From Octopus bimaculoides (Eukaryota), in NCBI RefSeq assembly GCF_001194135.2, contig NC_068993.1:20961593-21025592 (forward strand): a DNA stretch of 64,000 nt, given 5' to 3'. This document shows, piece after piece, positions 11,846 through 25,327 of this stretch. The translations under genes were made by a program, and so were the position numbers. Under the pieces are notes generated by a model. That model did not search any database. It saw only the letters and a list, made by a program, of their open reading frames with translations, and was not told where the DNA came from. Position 1 is the stretch's first letter; each line of letters starts with the position of its first letter.

Positions 11846-12544
11846 CACAGTCTTGTTGTATGTATGTATGTATGTATGTATGTATGTATGTATGTATGAA
11901 TCTATGTGCGTAAGTATGTATGAATGTATGTATTATGTAGAGAGAAATAGAACGGGACAGAGAGAAAGAGAGAGATAGATAGATAGAGAGAGATATATAG
12001 ATAGAGAGAGGGAGTGGTTCACAAAAGTAGTTAAACACGTAAAGCACAAAAGAAGAAAGACGTTCACATAGAACAAGTGTAATAGTGACAAAAGTAAATT
12101 TAGGTAGAAAACAAAGCTGGTCTCATTTACCTATTGATATCTGCAGGAAGGGAAAGAAGTAGACCTGGTAACAAAGGCCGAAGCTGATGCTTTCAAAAAT
12201 TTTGGCGAATCTTATTTGGTAGGCTAATACAGCCGGCTTTATAAAACAAACGAGTTATGCGACCAGAATCATAANNNNNNNNNNNNNNNNNNNNNNNNNN
12301 NNNNNNNNNNNNNNNNNNNNNNNNNNNNNNNNNNNNNNNNNNNNNNNNNNNNNNNNNNNNNNNNNNNNNNNNNNAACTCTCTTGATGCAAACCGGACGAA
12401 AGCAATATACTCTTTGTTTATATATAACATGCAATTATATAATTAAATATTGTTTCATACAAAATATAGCGAAGCAAAGCAAGTCGGTATGTAGATATAT
12501 AACAGCAATGTAATCTAATCATTTCTTATAGTAAAGCAATAGGC

Positions 12545-13690
12545 ATACATACACAAATGTACCCCACCGAATTAGTTTCCTCGTAACTTTCAGAAGAATA
12601 GATATTGTTTTAATGAAGTTTTCTACATTTTTTAAATAAAAAAGATATTTCGGGTGAATAGGGAGAGGATTTGAAGAAAATTCACACGAGTCTGCAGTGT
12701 TTCTTTATAACTTTCGAAAAAAAAAAAAAAAAAAAAGGTATTTTTGAATGAAAATTTCTCAAAATACATTTCAGAGTGTGTAATTACGATTATATAAAAG
12801 TTCGATGCGAAAAGAAAAACGGTGAGTACGCACACATACGTACTGACATACATCACAATGTTTTAAGAAATTTCCAGATTCATTTTATAGATATATGTGA
12901 TGTGTGTCAGTATGTATGTGTGCTATCCTATGGATTTCTTTTGATATTAAATTCCGATATAATCGTAATCTACACACTTTGAAAGATATTTGTAAAAAAA
13001 TTTACGAAAAAATATCCATTTTTTTGAAAGTTGCGAGAAAATAAAACAATAGTCTTGTGTGAATTTTCCGAAACCCTCTCACTACCTTCGCAAAAATATT
13101 TTCACAAAAAATTCTTATATTATCGGAATCTACACAATGCACAAAAACTGTAGTCCGGTCATACACACTTCGCTCCGGCCGGTTATTGTATATCATTGCG
13201 CTTATGTTACGAGAAGTCCATAATAAACATGTACTTTTAGAAGGTATAACCCAAGATACTTATGTTAATGCAACTGGAATACGTGTACAAATGTGCCCCA
13301 TCGAATTTGTTTCCTCATATCTTCCAGAGAAATAGATATTTTTAAATGAAATTTTCTACAATTACGCTGCCGATGATGTAGATTTCGATTATATCGGAAT
13401 TCATTAAGAAATTGTTTTTCGAGGGCGTGGAGAGAAAATTCACACGAATTGGCTTTATTTCCTCATAACTTTCTAAAAAAGAGGCATTTTTAAATGAAAA
13501 TTTCTACAAATACATTTCAGAGTGTGTAAATTGCGACTATTTTGAAATATAATATGAAAATAAAAATTGGTGGGCTAACACGCATACATATTAATACACA
13601 TCACATTTTTTTTCGAAAACTTTTTTCGCAAAAAGGTTTTCGAAAAAAAAATGTGATGTATGTTAGTAAGTATGTGTACTATCCATACCA
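12545..13690. repeat. Foldback / tandem MITE-like array
   Basis: 12660-12857 pairs in inverted orientation with 12896-13082 across a ~38-bp spacer; third direct copy at ~13290-13600. Confidence 0.7.
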
Positions 13691-15079
13691 CAACATCACC
13701 ACATATTCACGCAACCACACATTCACTCGATCAGACTACCACTTCTCCATCTTAAAACCACTATAACAAAACAATAATCACATTAGCATCATATAAGTAT
13801 ACTCTTTAGCTACCCTCCTCTCGACTTGTTGCAGTACACCACACTAAACAAAATAAACTCAAACGATGAAATCTCTTAAGACTTGCTTGCAATAAACTTC
13901 CGGTAATGGTAACACCAGAAATCTACAAACCATTGCAGTGCGAGTTTTTCATATGACATGGAATATTTAAACTTAAATAGCAAGTACAATTTAGAGAAAC
14001 CTGTAAACATTTTTTTCTGGTTGTAAGCGAAGAGGAATTTTTAATTTAATCTGAAATTAATAAGTCAGTAATGAGACTTGGTTGCATCAACACACATAAC
14101 CCCCAAAAGACTTTAAACAAGATCAGTTGCTTGATGACTTCGGGTCACATGCAGCCTGAGTCAGACCGGGATTTCTGCGACGTGAGACCCGTTCTCTCCG
14201 TCCATGACCACGACCACGTCTTAATTAATCGATACAAATTGAGCAGAGTGATCTGGTGTTGGAGGTACAGAAGATCTACTTGGACGCAAATGTTAATAAG
14301 GTAATCCTGGTCATGAATAGCAGAGATAATGGTGCATTTAGAGTAGCAGTGAGTTATGAGCGGTATGGGGACAGGAGCAGCCAGACTAGAGAGGACGCTA
14401 AGACGGTCCTAGTAACTGAGAGCTGGACGCGCCGACCCATGTGTGCATCCCTGGCGCGCAAAAGTCTACATCAATCCAGTTAAGCGAGAATAGACCGTGC
14501 GATTGCTAACAACTAATGATGAAAGTATTTGAAGAGAGCTTTTAGAGCAGAATCAGTAAAATTGCGCAGAGATAATGTTAGAGAATATTAAATTATAATT
14601 GAGCTAATCACTCGAATGAAAGACACCGCAACCGACGTGCTTGCGACAAAATCACACTTTACCATATAGTCGACGCAAAATGTGAGGTTTGTTACACGAA
14701 GAAGTGAAAGTCTTTTGATAGAACGGGTCTCGGGAAAAGCTATTAAGGGCTGATGAGATACGATTGATAATGAGTGTAGCCATATGTGCAAGGGCTAAAT
14801 CATATTCTTTCGTGACAACTTACACCTCTGTTAGCCCTGTCCGAGCAAACCTATGATCAAAAACGATCTAACCACGATCAGTTCCATCTATTTGTATATC
14901 TTCGACTTCATTGTTTAATATGCCCTTCAATTCTGAAGTTGCTTGATCAACCGAATCGTGTATTCTTTGAATTAATGTATGAAATAGCTGGGTATTTTAC
15001 AGAAACATCTACCCTTAAAATTCTTTGAGAGACTCAATGTGACGCTGCATATGACAAGACTAAAACCTTCCAATTACAG

Positions 15080-15126
<47 letters not shown>

Positions 15127-16280
15127 AGAGGGTCTTCTAAACACTATCTGCCCAATTTCACATGGAAAATTTGGGTTGACTTGAAACTAATCTAAAAGAC
15201 ACCTGCCCAAAATGCCAAGTAGTGAAATTGAAGCAGCGATTTTGTGATTCTGAGGTAAATGTCTTAAACATTTAGCCGGTCTAGTGTGCAGAATTGGCTG
15301 GAAAGTTTGTCATTTTCTTGTTAAAGAAGACAAGATTCTGATCCCATTCCCATGTTTATACATAAGCTAATTTCAATTTTATTAGTCGTCAATTGCGTAT
15401 TGTCTATACCCAATTTTATATTTCGTTAACTTCATTAACAATTTTAGTAGCTTTTTCAACTATGTATGGCACTTGATCCTCATTTTTATATCTCGGCTGG
15501 ACTCATTCAATTTTTAATAGTCTTTCCCACGCTGTTTCTAATAAATTTAAGTAGGTCTCTTGGCGGGTTTTATGTAAAAGTTTTAGTATATTCACCAGTC
15601 GGGTATTGCTTGTAATTAATGCCATTACGTTTCATGTAAATTCAGTATAATTTTCAACTTGACAATATAACTGAGTGTGGTTTTTGTGTGCTGTGGGTAA
15701 ATATAAAGTTTAGTTGTGGTTTGTGTTTCTGTTGTATTATAACTGCATATTGCGTGTGCAATGCCTATCATTGCTATTCACTGCATATTATTGTATATAT
15801 GCGAGTCCTGAGATCTGTGTTATCTATATATCTGCATCGTTTTTAACCATTCCCAATTCAACCACCAATGTGGGTATTGTTTCTATACTCAAATATTCAT
15901 GAAAAAATAGATTACGACAGGCACACACACACACAAAAGAAAAATTAGGAAAGAATATTATAAATGCATTAGATGATTAATACTTAAAACAGAGCTACAG
16001 GTAAACAAAAAAGAGCTTAAAAGGTATTATTATTTTAGCGATTCCACAAATAAGTTATAAAATTCACTGGAAGTTCCCCACGAATGGATCAATCACTAGA
16101 TTTAAAATGTAGTACCAAAAGTTCGACGTATGAATATCATATTTTCCACAAAAACAGCGTTTAAGCCTCTAGAAAACTATATCATAAAATATTCAGTTCA
16201 ACTGTAAGGATATTTATTGTTGATGACGGATCCTTCAACGGTTTAGACGAGGAACATTCAATTATCCGTTCAACCAAATC

Positions 16281-16548
16281 TACTTTTATCTTTTATCTTT
16301 TATTTGTTTCAGTCACTAGACTGCGACCACGTTAGGGCACCATCCTGACCAATTTTCAGTTGAATGAATCGACCCCAGTACTTAATTATTTTTAAAGTCT
16401 AGTACTTATTGTGTCAGTTCTCTTGCCGAACCGCTAGCTTACGGGAACGTAAACACTCTAGAAGCGGTTGTCAAGCAGTGGTGAGAGACACACACGCACG
16501 CACATACATACACACACAAACGCGCACACATACACACACACACACACA

Positions 16549-16615
<67 letters not shown>

Positions 16616-16773
16616 CCACTTATATGTACGACAAGCTTCTTTCCGTTTCTGTCTACCAAATCCATTCGCAACGTTTTAGTCGGCCCGAAGCTATAGTAGA
16701 AGACACTTGCCCAAGTGGGACAGAATCATGTGGTTGAGAAAAAAACTTCTTACCACACAGCCACACCTGCGAC
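16281..16773 (-). mobile_element. tRNA-derived SINE, family A (head, internal TG microsatellite, RTE-like tail)
   Basis: Same head, body and tail as 33031-33688 and 37099-37486. Confidence 0.85.
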
Positions 16774-17448
16774 TATGTTAAACCAACGTATAAGTGGCTG
16801 AGTATTCCACTGAGACACATGTACTTTTAAAGTAATTTTCATCTTTGCCTGTAATTGTCATCCTTGCCTGTAATTTTTATCCCGTTTTTTTTGCCTTCGA
16901 GATAGCCAGAACAGAAATTGTGAAAAGATCAAAATTTAAACAAAAATGGGTTTTCACATTGACCAGTATAAGAAAAAATACATGCACATAAATTTTTCAG
17001 TCTTGTGCGCGACTCTGCATTTAAAACATGCAATAAAAATCGAAATTACTAACAATTATTATTGTAAATTTTATGTATTAACAATTATTATTGTAAATTT
17101 TGGTACATGACCAGTAATTTAAGGGTAGTGGGTAAGATGATTACATCAACACTAGTGCTTAACTAGCACTTACCTTTCTTCTGTTTGATCAAATACCACT
17201 ATCAGGGATCTTTCAGTTTTAGCTTTGAGTCCAGCTGAGAGATCTTTAAAAGTCATTTTGACATTATTCAGTTTCTATATATTAGCCAATCTGAAGCCCC
17301 ATTTTTTAGTTTAGATTCTAATCTTTTCACAATTTCTGGTATTGTGTCTCTATTTTTTTCACCTTACGTTACTTTTACCATTGTTTCGTACTTGTTGGCT
17401 ACCTCGAAGACAGAAAACAGTTTATATTTTGTTCGCATTTTGCAGTTA

Positions 17449-18299
17449 TCTTATATATTAAAAGGCAAGTTGTGTGTATGTGTGCGTGTGTGTGTGTTGT
17501 GTGAACCACTTCTAATCTTACAATTTTCAATCGAATTTCACCAAATTTGATATGTGTACTCTCTTTGACTTAGGACACTTTTTCTCATAATTTTTTTTCC
17601 TCGAAATTCTGCTCCTCCAACATAAATAAATTACTCTCAATTCGCCTAGGATTTGGCTTGAGCCTGCGAAAAACATGACACACACCCAACTGGAAAAAAT
17701 CAATACTTTACTTTGTCAGCTGTGGCGAGCTCTTACCGACTGCTTGCACAGTACTGCCAGCAGTATTCATTTGCGAGTTACAATTTGCCTCTATTTTCAC
17801 GTGAGCGTTCTTTTTCATACAATTATTCCAACTTAAATTAGCCATTTCAAAACACTTACCCAAAATTAAAAGAACTTAATTCGGTTTGTTTGATTAACAT
17901 TTTTGCCAACTACATTTTACTATTTTTTGGGTGCTACGCATTCATCGCATTTTCCTTAGGACTTTTTCTATTGCGTAAACTGATAATTTTCCACTATGCC
18001 TCGACGCAAATATAGGTCGGCAAAGAAAAGTAAATGCATGCGTGCAAATGAATCTGCCGAGGACGCCGCCAGGAGGAACTCTCTCAATGCACTTACGATG
18101 GCTTCAGCGCGAAGAAGGGAAAGTGAAGAGCAGCGTTGTGATTGGTTAGCACGTATTGCTACGCAACGAGCCGCCCATAGCAACGAGCAACGTTTAGCTC
18201 GCCGAACAAGAAATGCTTCCTCTACTGCTGCTGCACGAGCTTCAGAGACTGCAACACAACGTGCAGATCGACTTACAAGAGATGCTGCAGGGGATAAGT

Positions 18300-18300
<1 letters not shown>
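17449..18300 (+). mobile_element. Helitron 5' fragment with STPR-like N-terminal ORF (17996-18300)
   Basis: Starts TCTTATATATTAAAA (5'-TC terminus); MPRRKYRS...ESEEQRCDWL...SNEQRLAR...ETATQRADRL repeats typical of RepHel N-termini; cut off by a SINE. Confidence 0.65.
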
Positions 18301-18565
<265 letters not shown>

Positions 18566-18659
18566 CTTTATTAACCACAAGGGTCTACATGAAAAAAAAG
18601 CATTATGGACAGCACAGGACAAAACAAAAATAATGTGTGTGTATGTGTGTGAGTGTGTG

Positions 18660-19420
18660 TAGCCGTGAGGGTTTTGCGTATAAACAAGACTAATATAATT
18701 TTTTTAAAAAGAGAGATCAACAATATGTAATCCTCAATAGGGAGGAGACGTTCGAGGGCTGCTCATGGAAGAACCCCATAAAAACCATGGGTACCCTGAA
18801 TTTTGGGGCAGGTGCCTTTTCTTTTTTTTTTTTTCGTTTCCTTTCCTCCTTACAACTACAGGCGTAAGATATCAGGGCATGCCCGTTCACTTATACCATT
18901 CTCGCCACTTTCATCCACCTTTCGGAAAACTGACTAGAAGACAGTACTTCTCTCCCTACTCTTACTTCCCTTTTCAAATGAAACTTAAAGAAGTTCATCA
19001 AGGAGAAAGGTGTTTGTTATCAGTCCCTTTCCCTGAGGTCGTTGAGCAGGTGACCCCGTTTCCAAGGCAACCCCAGGCCACGTACATTCACGCTGTCAAT
19101 TTTGTACACGACCACGTTGTCGGAAAAAGAGAAGAAAAGAAAGGGAAAAACTTACTTGGTTATGTTTGGAGGGGCGGATTGACCGTCCCACCTGTTGGCT
19201 TGGGGTATTTCCAACAGCAAATCACCAAGAATTCTCTTGGTGATATTCTGGCGGAAATCTCTGATTTCCCGTGGGAAATGGGTTTTTAAGTGTGTGCATA
19301 CGTTTTGTGAAAATTGTTAGAGAATGATCCCCTTTTGCAGGAAGTGCAAAAGATTGTTTTAACTGGTGGGTCACAGCTATTGAGAATATCGTCGCTCTGA
19401 GGACGACTGTTTTTTAGGTA
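18660..19420 (-). mobile_element. L1/Tx1-like LINE remnant at the ORF1/ORF2 junction
   Basis: YKIDSVNVRGLGLPWKRGHLLNDLRE resembles the start of an APE endonuclease (NVRGL motif). Confidence 0.55.
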
Positions 19421-20454
19421 AATACATTTTTTCTACATAACTTCATTTGACTTTTGTAAATGAATAGTCTAGTTGTTTTTTTTTAATGCTCTATGTAATC
19501 CGTGAGTTTCTTTGCCTTAGATGTCTGGGAGATACGTGGCAAGATATGAAAATGAAACTGAAAGAAGAAAAAACCATAATAATTATGATAATAAAAACAC
19601 CCAGCTACGTAACCGACTGAAAATTGTACATACGACCAATCTAGAAAACCTATTGAAAATTGTTCAAAATACTTGTGATAAGAAACTACTTTGATATTTT
19701 ATGGATCCAGCCAAGTTCTAAAAATAAAGGCAAGAGAAGATTAGAAGCACAAAGCGAAACAAAACATTGTATTTAACAAAGACACACAAAGCTACACTCA
19801 GTTGTGCAATTAAATATACAATTAAATTGAAACTACTTAAAACATAATTCGCGATTATATTATTATTTGTAAATATCCAACTGGTGTATACACCTAAAAT
19901 TATGCATAAAGCCCGCCTAGGAACATACTAAAGTTATTAGAAACACTGCGGACAGAAACTATTTAAATATTTTATGAATTCAGCCAAATGAGAACAGCAG
20001 GGAATATCGAAAAAGCTACTAAATTGTTGATGAATTTAACGAAATATGAAATTGGTTATAGACAATACACAGTTTGAGCGTGTAGATCATACATATGTGT
20101 GTGTGTGTGTTAGTATGTATTTATGTATGCATGTAAATGAACAGACGCGTACACATACATGTTGGTCATTCTGCATAATTATGCTACTTTAAGAATGTTT
20201 ACCTGTGTGACAAAACGAGGAAAAGGGGAAGGGTAACATTCTGATCACATGAGCCATTTGTTTTATAAAGCTGAGAGTTTTAGCCTAGAAAATAATCTTC
20301 GCATAACTTTTGGAAGACACCAACTTCGGCCGTTGTCACCAGGTTCACTTTTTCCATTTCACCAGCTATCGACAGGTAAATGAGATCAGTTTCATTATTT
20401 TTCTAAATCTACTTTTGTCACTATTACATTTGCTTCACGTGAGTTGCTATCTAA

Positions 20455-20852
20455 TTTATTCTTTTCTACTCCAGGCACAAAGCCCGAAATTTTGGGGGAG
20501 GGGGGGGGCAGTCGATTAGATCGACCCCAGTACGTAACTGGTACTTAATTTGCTGACCCCGAAAGGATGAAAGGCAAAGTCGACCTCGGCAGAATTTGAA
20601 CTCAGAACGCAAAGACAGTCGAAATACCGCTAAGTATTTCGTCCGGCGTGCTAACGTTTCTTATTTCTTTATTGCCCACAAGGGGCTAAACATAGAGGGG
20701 ACAAACAAAGACAGACAAAGGGATTAAGTCGATTACATAGACCCAGTGCGTAACTGGTACTTAATTTATCGACTCCGAAAAGACGAAAGGCAAAGTCGAC
20801 CTCGGCGGAATTTGAACTCAGAAAGTAGCGGCAGACGAAATACCGTTAAGCA
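20455..20852 (-). mobile_element. Two SINE family B copies, one inserted in the head of the other, truncated by a gap
   Basis: Core sequence occurs twice (20520-20660, 20730-20852) with different 3' tails; junction at ctaacgtttc|ttatttc. Confidence 0.8.
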
Positions 20853-21079
20853 NNNNNNNNNNNNNNNNNNNNNNNNNNNNNNNNNNNNNNNNNNNNNNNN
20901 NNNNNNNNNNNNNNNNNNNNNNNNNNNNNNNNNNNNNNNNNNNNNNNNNNNNNNNNNNNNNNNNNNNNNNNNNNNNNNNNNNNNNNNNNNNNNNNNNNNN
21001 NNNNNNNNNNNNNNNNNNCGTTACACATACATGTACGTAACCCCGCCACACTCCCATGGTTTTTCTTTCTTTACTATCA

Positions 21080-21420
21080 TACATACATATATACATTCAT
21101 ACATACATAACTATATGCATGAGAATACATACATGAAACAAAACATACAAATCTGCACATGCACTGGCTCCAAATACCGTACAAAACTGAATAATGGTAT
21201 GCATACATACATACATACATACATACATACATACATACATACATACATACGTACGTACGTACATACATACATACATAAACTGACTCCAAATCTCCACATA
21301 TACACAAATACATGCAGAAATGCCCTATTGATGTGGAAATTCTAGTGGAGGAGTCTTGGATCTAGGTTAGAAATCGGTTCTTTTTCTATTGCCAAGAAAC
21401 CTTAATAATGGCATACATAC
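21080..21420 (+). mobile_element. 3'UTR-only remnant of the (TACA)n-associated R4/Dong-like LINE
   Basis: aactatatgcatgagaatacatac and ggagtcttggatctaggttagaaatcggttc match the copy Y 3'UTR; flanked by CATA repeats. Confidence 0.75.
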
Positions 21421-21427
21421 AACATAC

Positions 21428-21730
21428 AGGGTTGCTAGATGAATTCTTTGTTTTTTTCTCCACTTATTTTAATCCCATTGCCAGTTTTCACAGACGAGAC
21501 AATAATATATTCTCCTTCATTGATCACGATGTCTTACCAACATTCCATTAGCTTGTCAATGCCTTGACGGTAAAAATCACTTGGATTTTACTTGAAAAAT
21601 GAAGCGACCCACATTTTCAGCTCCACGTTCTTTTTTAACGAAACACCTCACATGCTGTTGGAGATTGCCCGTTAAAAATGGTGATAATCTGATGGCGCCT
21701 AGCCAGAAGGTACGGTAGAACTTCGCAACT
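21428..21730 (-). mobile_element. Mariner C-terminal fragment
   Basis: APSDYHHF...FYRQGIDKL..W...EGEYI motifs. Confidence 0.7.
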
Positions 21731-22336
21731 CTGTTCTTGAGCAGTATTTTTTAATAAAATTAGCAACGTAGGGTGGGCGTTGTCGATTTGGAGGAAGCAT
21801 ACTGTTACACCTGTTGGGTAAATTCAGTTGGATTACCTTACTGGGCGTATAACCCTGCATTGACTTGTAGTTGTTTTCAAGTATTTCGAAGAGGATTATC
21901 CCTTCTCAATCTCACCAAGTGCAGATCATTGTCTTGCGTCAATACAGCTCCGGCTTGGATCGAAATGTTGCTCGCTTGTTTTACGATTGCTTTTATTATT
22001 ATCATCATATATATATATATATATACGACAGGCTTATTTTAGTTTCCGTCAACCAAATCCACTCACAATGCTTTGGTCGGCCCATGGCTATAGTAGAAGA
22101 TATTTGCCGAAAGTACCACCTGGGGTCGATTTATTCGACTATTAATTCTTCAAGGCAGTGGCCCAGGGTGCCCACAGTCTAATGACTGAAATAAGTAAAA
22201 TATAATATAGCGGGATGATCCTTCAAAACTTCCATGCTTCCTGAAATCCGCCAACAGTACACCAGATGGCTTCTTTTTTCTTAGTTGTAGTTGTAGCACT
22301 GTATGCTACAATTTCTTATACACACACACACGCACG

Positions 22337-22374
<38 letters not shown>

Positions 22375-22484
22375 CGTCCACCCTCTATTTAGAAATCGGA
22401 GGTAGGTACCAAAGATGTCTCTTCACAATGTCGTACAAATTCTCGATTGCACCTTATGAGTCTGGAAGATAGCATCCACATCAT

Positions 22485-22579
22485 CAGCAGATGACCAAAA
22501 TTACCTGCAAAGTACTATAATCTCAAGAGACACAGCATTGTTTCTAAATCAATTCACAATACTATCTGAAGGAAATATT
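22485..22579 (+). promoter_or_regulatory. Conserved non-coding block upstream of gene B
   Basis: ~89% identical to 6165-6259 (inverted). Confidence 0.5.
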
Positions 22580-22749
22580 TCCTGGTTTTTTTACAAAATG
22601 TACTCCTGTACGAGGATCTATCGATATTTTCAAAAGTGCGGAATAGTTGGGCTAATATACCCAACCGCTCCATTATACTATATCGCTACATTAATTCTCA
22701 CATACAAATCTTTGGAATTATATAGTCTGTAACTAAGGAACTTGGTTAA

Positions 22750-23615
22750 GTTGTTGCACAAGAACGCCATTTCGCATATTCGGTCTTTTTTGCTGAATAG
22801 CTTCGTTGAGTCGGTGCAGTTGTTGAACATGCAGTATTGAGTGTTTGATTGCACTCTAGCAGTTCGCAATGATTTAAACCTTCCCAGTCCCATCATACAC
22901 ACAACATGGTCTATCGAGGATGAAGGTCTTGTTTTGCTCGCGGTTTCGCTTGTTTGTTGGAACTGAGCTATTCTTTTCGCAACTTCATTTTTCCTCACCA
23001 GTGACTATGTGGTAAAGAAAACACTATTTGTGACCATGTGTTGAGCAGTGTCAAACGAGCCAACTGGCGCCGATTGTGGAGCATTGATTTTTGTTGTTTT
23101 CGCTCATTGAATGAAGGTGTTTCACCACAGCTTTTTTTTTATCACAGTCTATCTGCTCCGCCAATTCTCTGGTCGTTTGACGTAGATTTTCGTGAAGAAG
23201 TTGATTCAATCGCTCTTCATCGAACTCAATTGGTCGATCGGTGTGTGATCCATCCTTGAGGTAAAAAATTCCCATTTTCAACCGCGAAAACGAACGGCGG
23301 GCGGTACTTTGAGACATTGCTCCTTCTCCATACACAGCACAAATCTCACGAGCAGCTTTGGCGGCCTTAACACCTCGATTAAATGCAAAAAATAAATGAT
23401 GTCGAAAATACTCAGTTTTGTCCACTTGAAATTCCATTTTAATGATCTAAAAATACACAAAAATCAATAAAATTAAAAAAAAATCAAAACACACTACAGC
23501 AAAAAGTTCTCTTTTAAATAACATAACATTTTGCCTATGAGTTTTATTTCCGCGTGCATTCTTTAATTTGAAAAAAAAACAAAAAAACCGCTAATGAATT
23601 ATTCCTCAACTCAAT
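22750..23615 (-). mobile_element. Mariner (Mos1-like) transposon, 3'-truncated
   Basis: MEFQVDKTEYFRHHLFFAFNRGVKAAKAAREICAVYGEGA...FDEERLNQLLHEN HTH region; 5' TIR attgagttgaggaataattcattagcgg. Confidence 0.85.
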
Positions 23616-23647
23616 GGATAGTTCTCAATTTCTTTATAAGAAATATT

Positions 23648-23838
23648 GATTTCGAAATTTGGCACAAGGCCAGCGATTGTGAGGTAGGAGATCAGCCGAT
23701 AATATCGACCTCAGTGATCAACTGGTACTTATTTTATCGACCCCGAAAGGATGAAAGGCAAAGTCGACCCCGCCGGGATTTGAACTCAAATGTAAAGACG
23801 GAAGAAATGTTGCTCAGCATTTTGCCCGCTGGGCTAAC
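23648..23838 (-). mobile_element. SINE family B
   Basis: 16-bp TSD ctttataag(a/g)aatatt at 23632-23647 and 23839-23854. Confidence 0.8.
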
Positions 23839-23861
23839 CTTTATAAGGAATATTACTACGA

Positions 23862-24066
23862 GAAGGCAGAGTCGTTACCGCGTCGAACAAAATGCTTGGC
23901 ATTTCTTCTGATTTAACATTTTAAGTTCAAATGCCACCGAGGTCAACTTTGCCATTCATCCTTTCGGGGTCTATAAAATTAAGTACCAGTCGAGACTGGG
24001 GTAGATATAATCAATAAGTCATTGCTCCACCCAAATTTCAGTGCTTGTACCTATTGTAGAAAGAAT
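23862..24066 (+). mobile_element. SINE family B
   Basis: gtcaactttgccattcatcctttcggggtctataaaattaagtaccag core. Confidence 0.8.
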
Positions 24067-24159
24067 TATAACAACTGCTTGCTTTGGTAAACTGTGCAAA
24101 TTTACAACCACTACCTGAAGTTAAATTAGCTCTTCTTTATTGTGGAACCGTTTTACATT

Positions 24160-24542
24160 TTTTGCTGGCACTCCGTCGTTTACGACGTCGAGGGTTCCAG
24201 TTGATCCGATCAACGGAACAGCCTGCTCGTGAAATTAACGTTCAAGTAGCTGAGCACTCCACAGAAACGTGTACCGTTAACATAGTTCTCGGGGATATTC
24301 AGCGTGACACAGTGTGACAAGGCTGACCCTTTGAATTACAGGCACAACAGAAACAGGAAGTAAGAGTGAGAGAAAGTTGTGGTGGAAGAGTACAGCAGGG
24401 TTCACCACCATCTCCTGCCGGAGCCTCGTGGAGCTTTAGGTGTTTTCGCTCAATAAACACCCACAGCGCCCGGTCTGGGAATCAAAACCGTGATCCTATG
24501 ACTGCGAGTCCGCTGCCCTAACCACTGGGCCATTGCGCCTCC
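24160..24542 (-). mobile_element. tRNA-derived SINE, family C, in gene B intron 1
   Basis: Head GGCGCAATGGCCCAGTGGTTAGGGCAGCGGACTCGCAG with A/B boxes; 13-bp TSD accgttttacatt (24147-24159, 24543-24555). Confidence 0.88.
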
Positions 24543-24800
24543 ACCGTTTTACATTATACCAGCACATTACACCACCGTTCAGTTTTAAATCTGTACAAAT
24601 TATAGCATTAAGTTATATGCACCATGGAGACACCGAAATATAAAACTGATATTACATATGCTGTATTCAATGTATAAATGGCACCAACCACACACCTTTT
24701 CATATAAATATAAATAATAACTAATTATATTTTTGTACAACATCAACAAATTATTCATTTCTCTTTTAAATCTTCTTTTACAGAGTAACGCGATTCCATA

Positions 24801-24942
24801 ATGAACGCCTTGAACACCTTCAGTTTGGTAACTTTTATATTCATCTACTCTCTTTCGGTGTATATTACTGAAGCTGTACCACTGAATGAAGAACGTATGG
24901 AAGCGCCCCGTATGGGCAAGGATACCAAGACTTCCATTTTGA
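24801..24942 (+). CDS. Gene B coding exon 1: signal peptide and propeptide (exon starts at 24784)
   Basis: Acceptor ctcttttaaatcttcttttacAG (24782-24783); same 17-nt UTR length as gene A; MNALNTFSLVTFIFIYSLSVYITEA-VPLNEERMEAPRMGKDTKTSIL; donor GTGAGT at 24943, phase 1. Confidence 0.88.
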
Positions 24943-25236
24943 GTGAGTATATATGCATGTATATGAGCATAAATGTATGTACGTATGTATGTATGTATGT
25001 ATGTATGTATGTATGTATGTATGCATGTACGCATATATGAATGTATGCATCTATGTATTATGTATGCTTTCGTGCATGCATTAATATATATGTATGTATG
25101 TATGTATGTGTATGCGTGTGCGTGCGTGAGTGCAAAATTTCGCACAGGCATTGCTGCTTAATTTTTAACTTTGCTTTTTATTTTCTCGCTACTAGTGTCA
25201 CAAGTTCACGACTGGACGGCCACCACACACACACAC

Positions 25237-25327
<91 letters not shown>

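Noticed and set aside
24460-24542. tRNA-like sequence (also near 63790 and in other SINE heads)
   Set aside because: Continues into a SINE body with a TSD; no complete acceptor stem.
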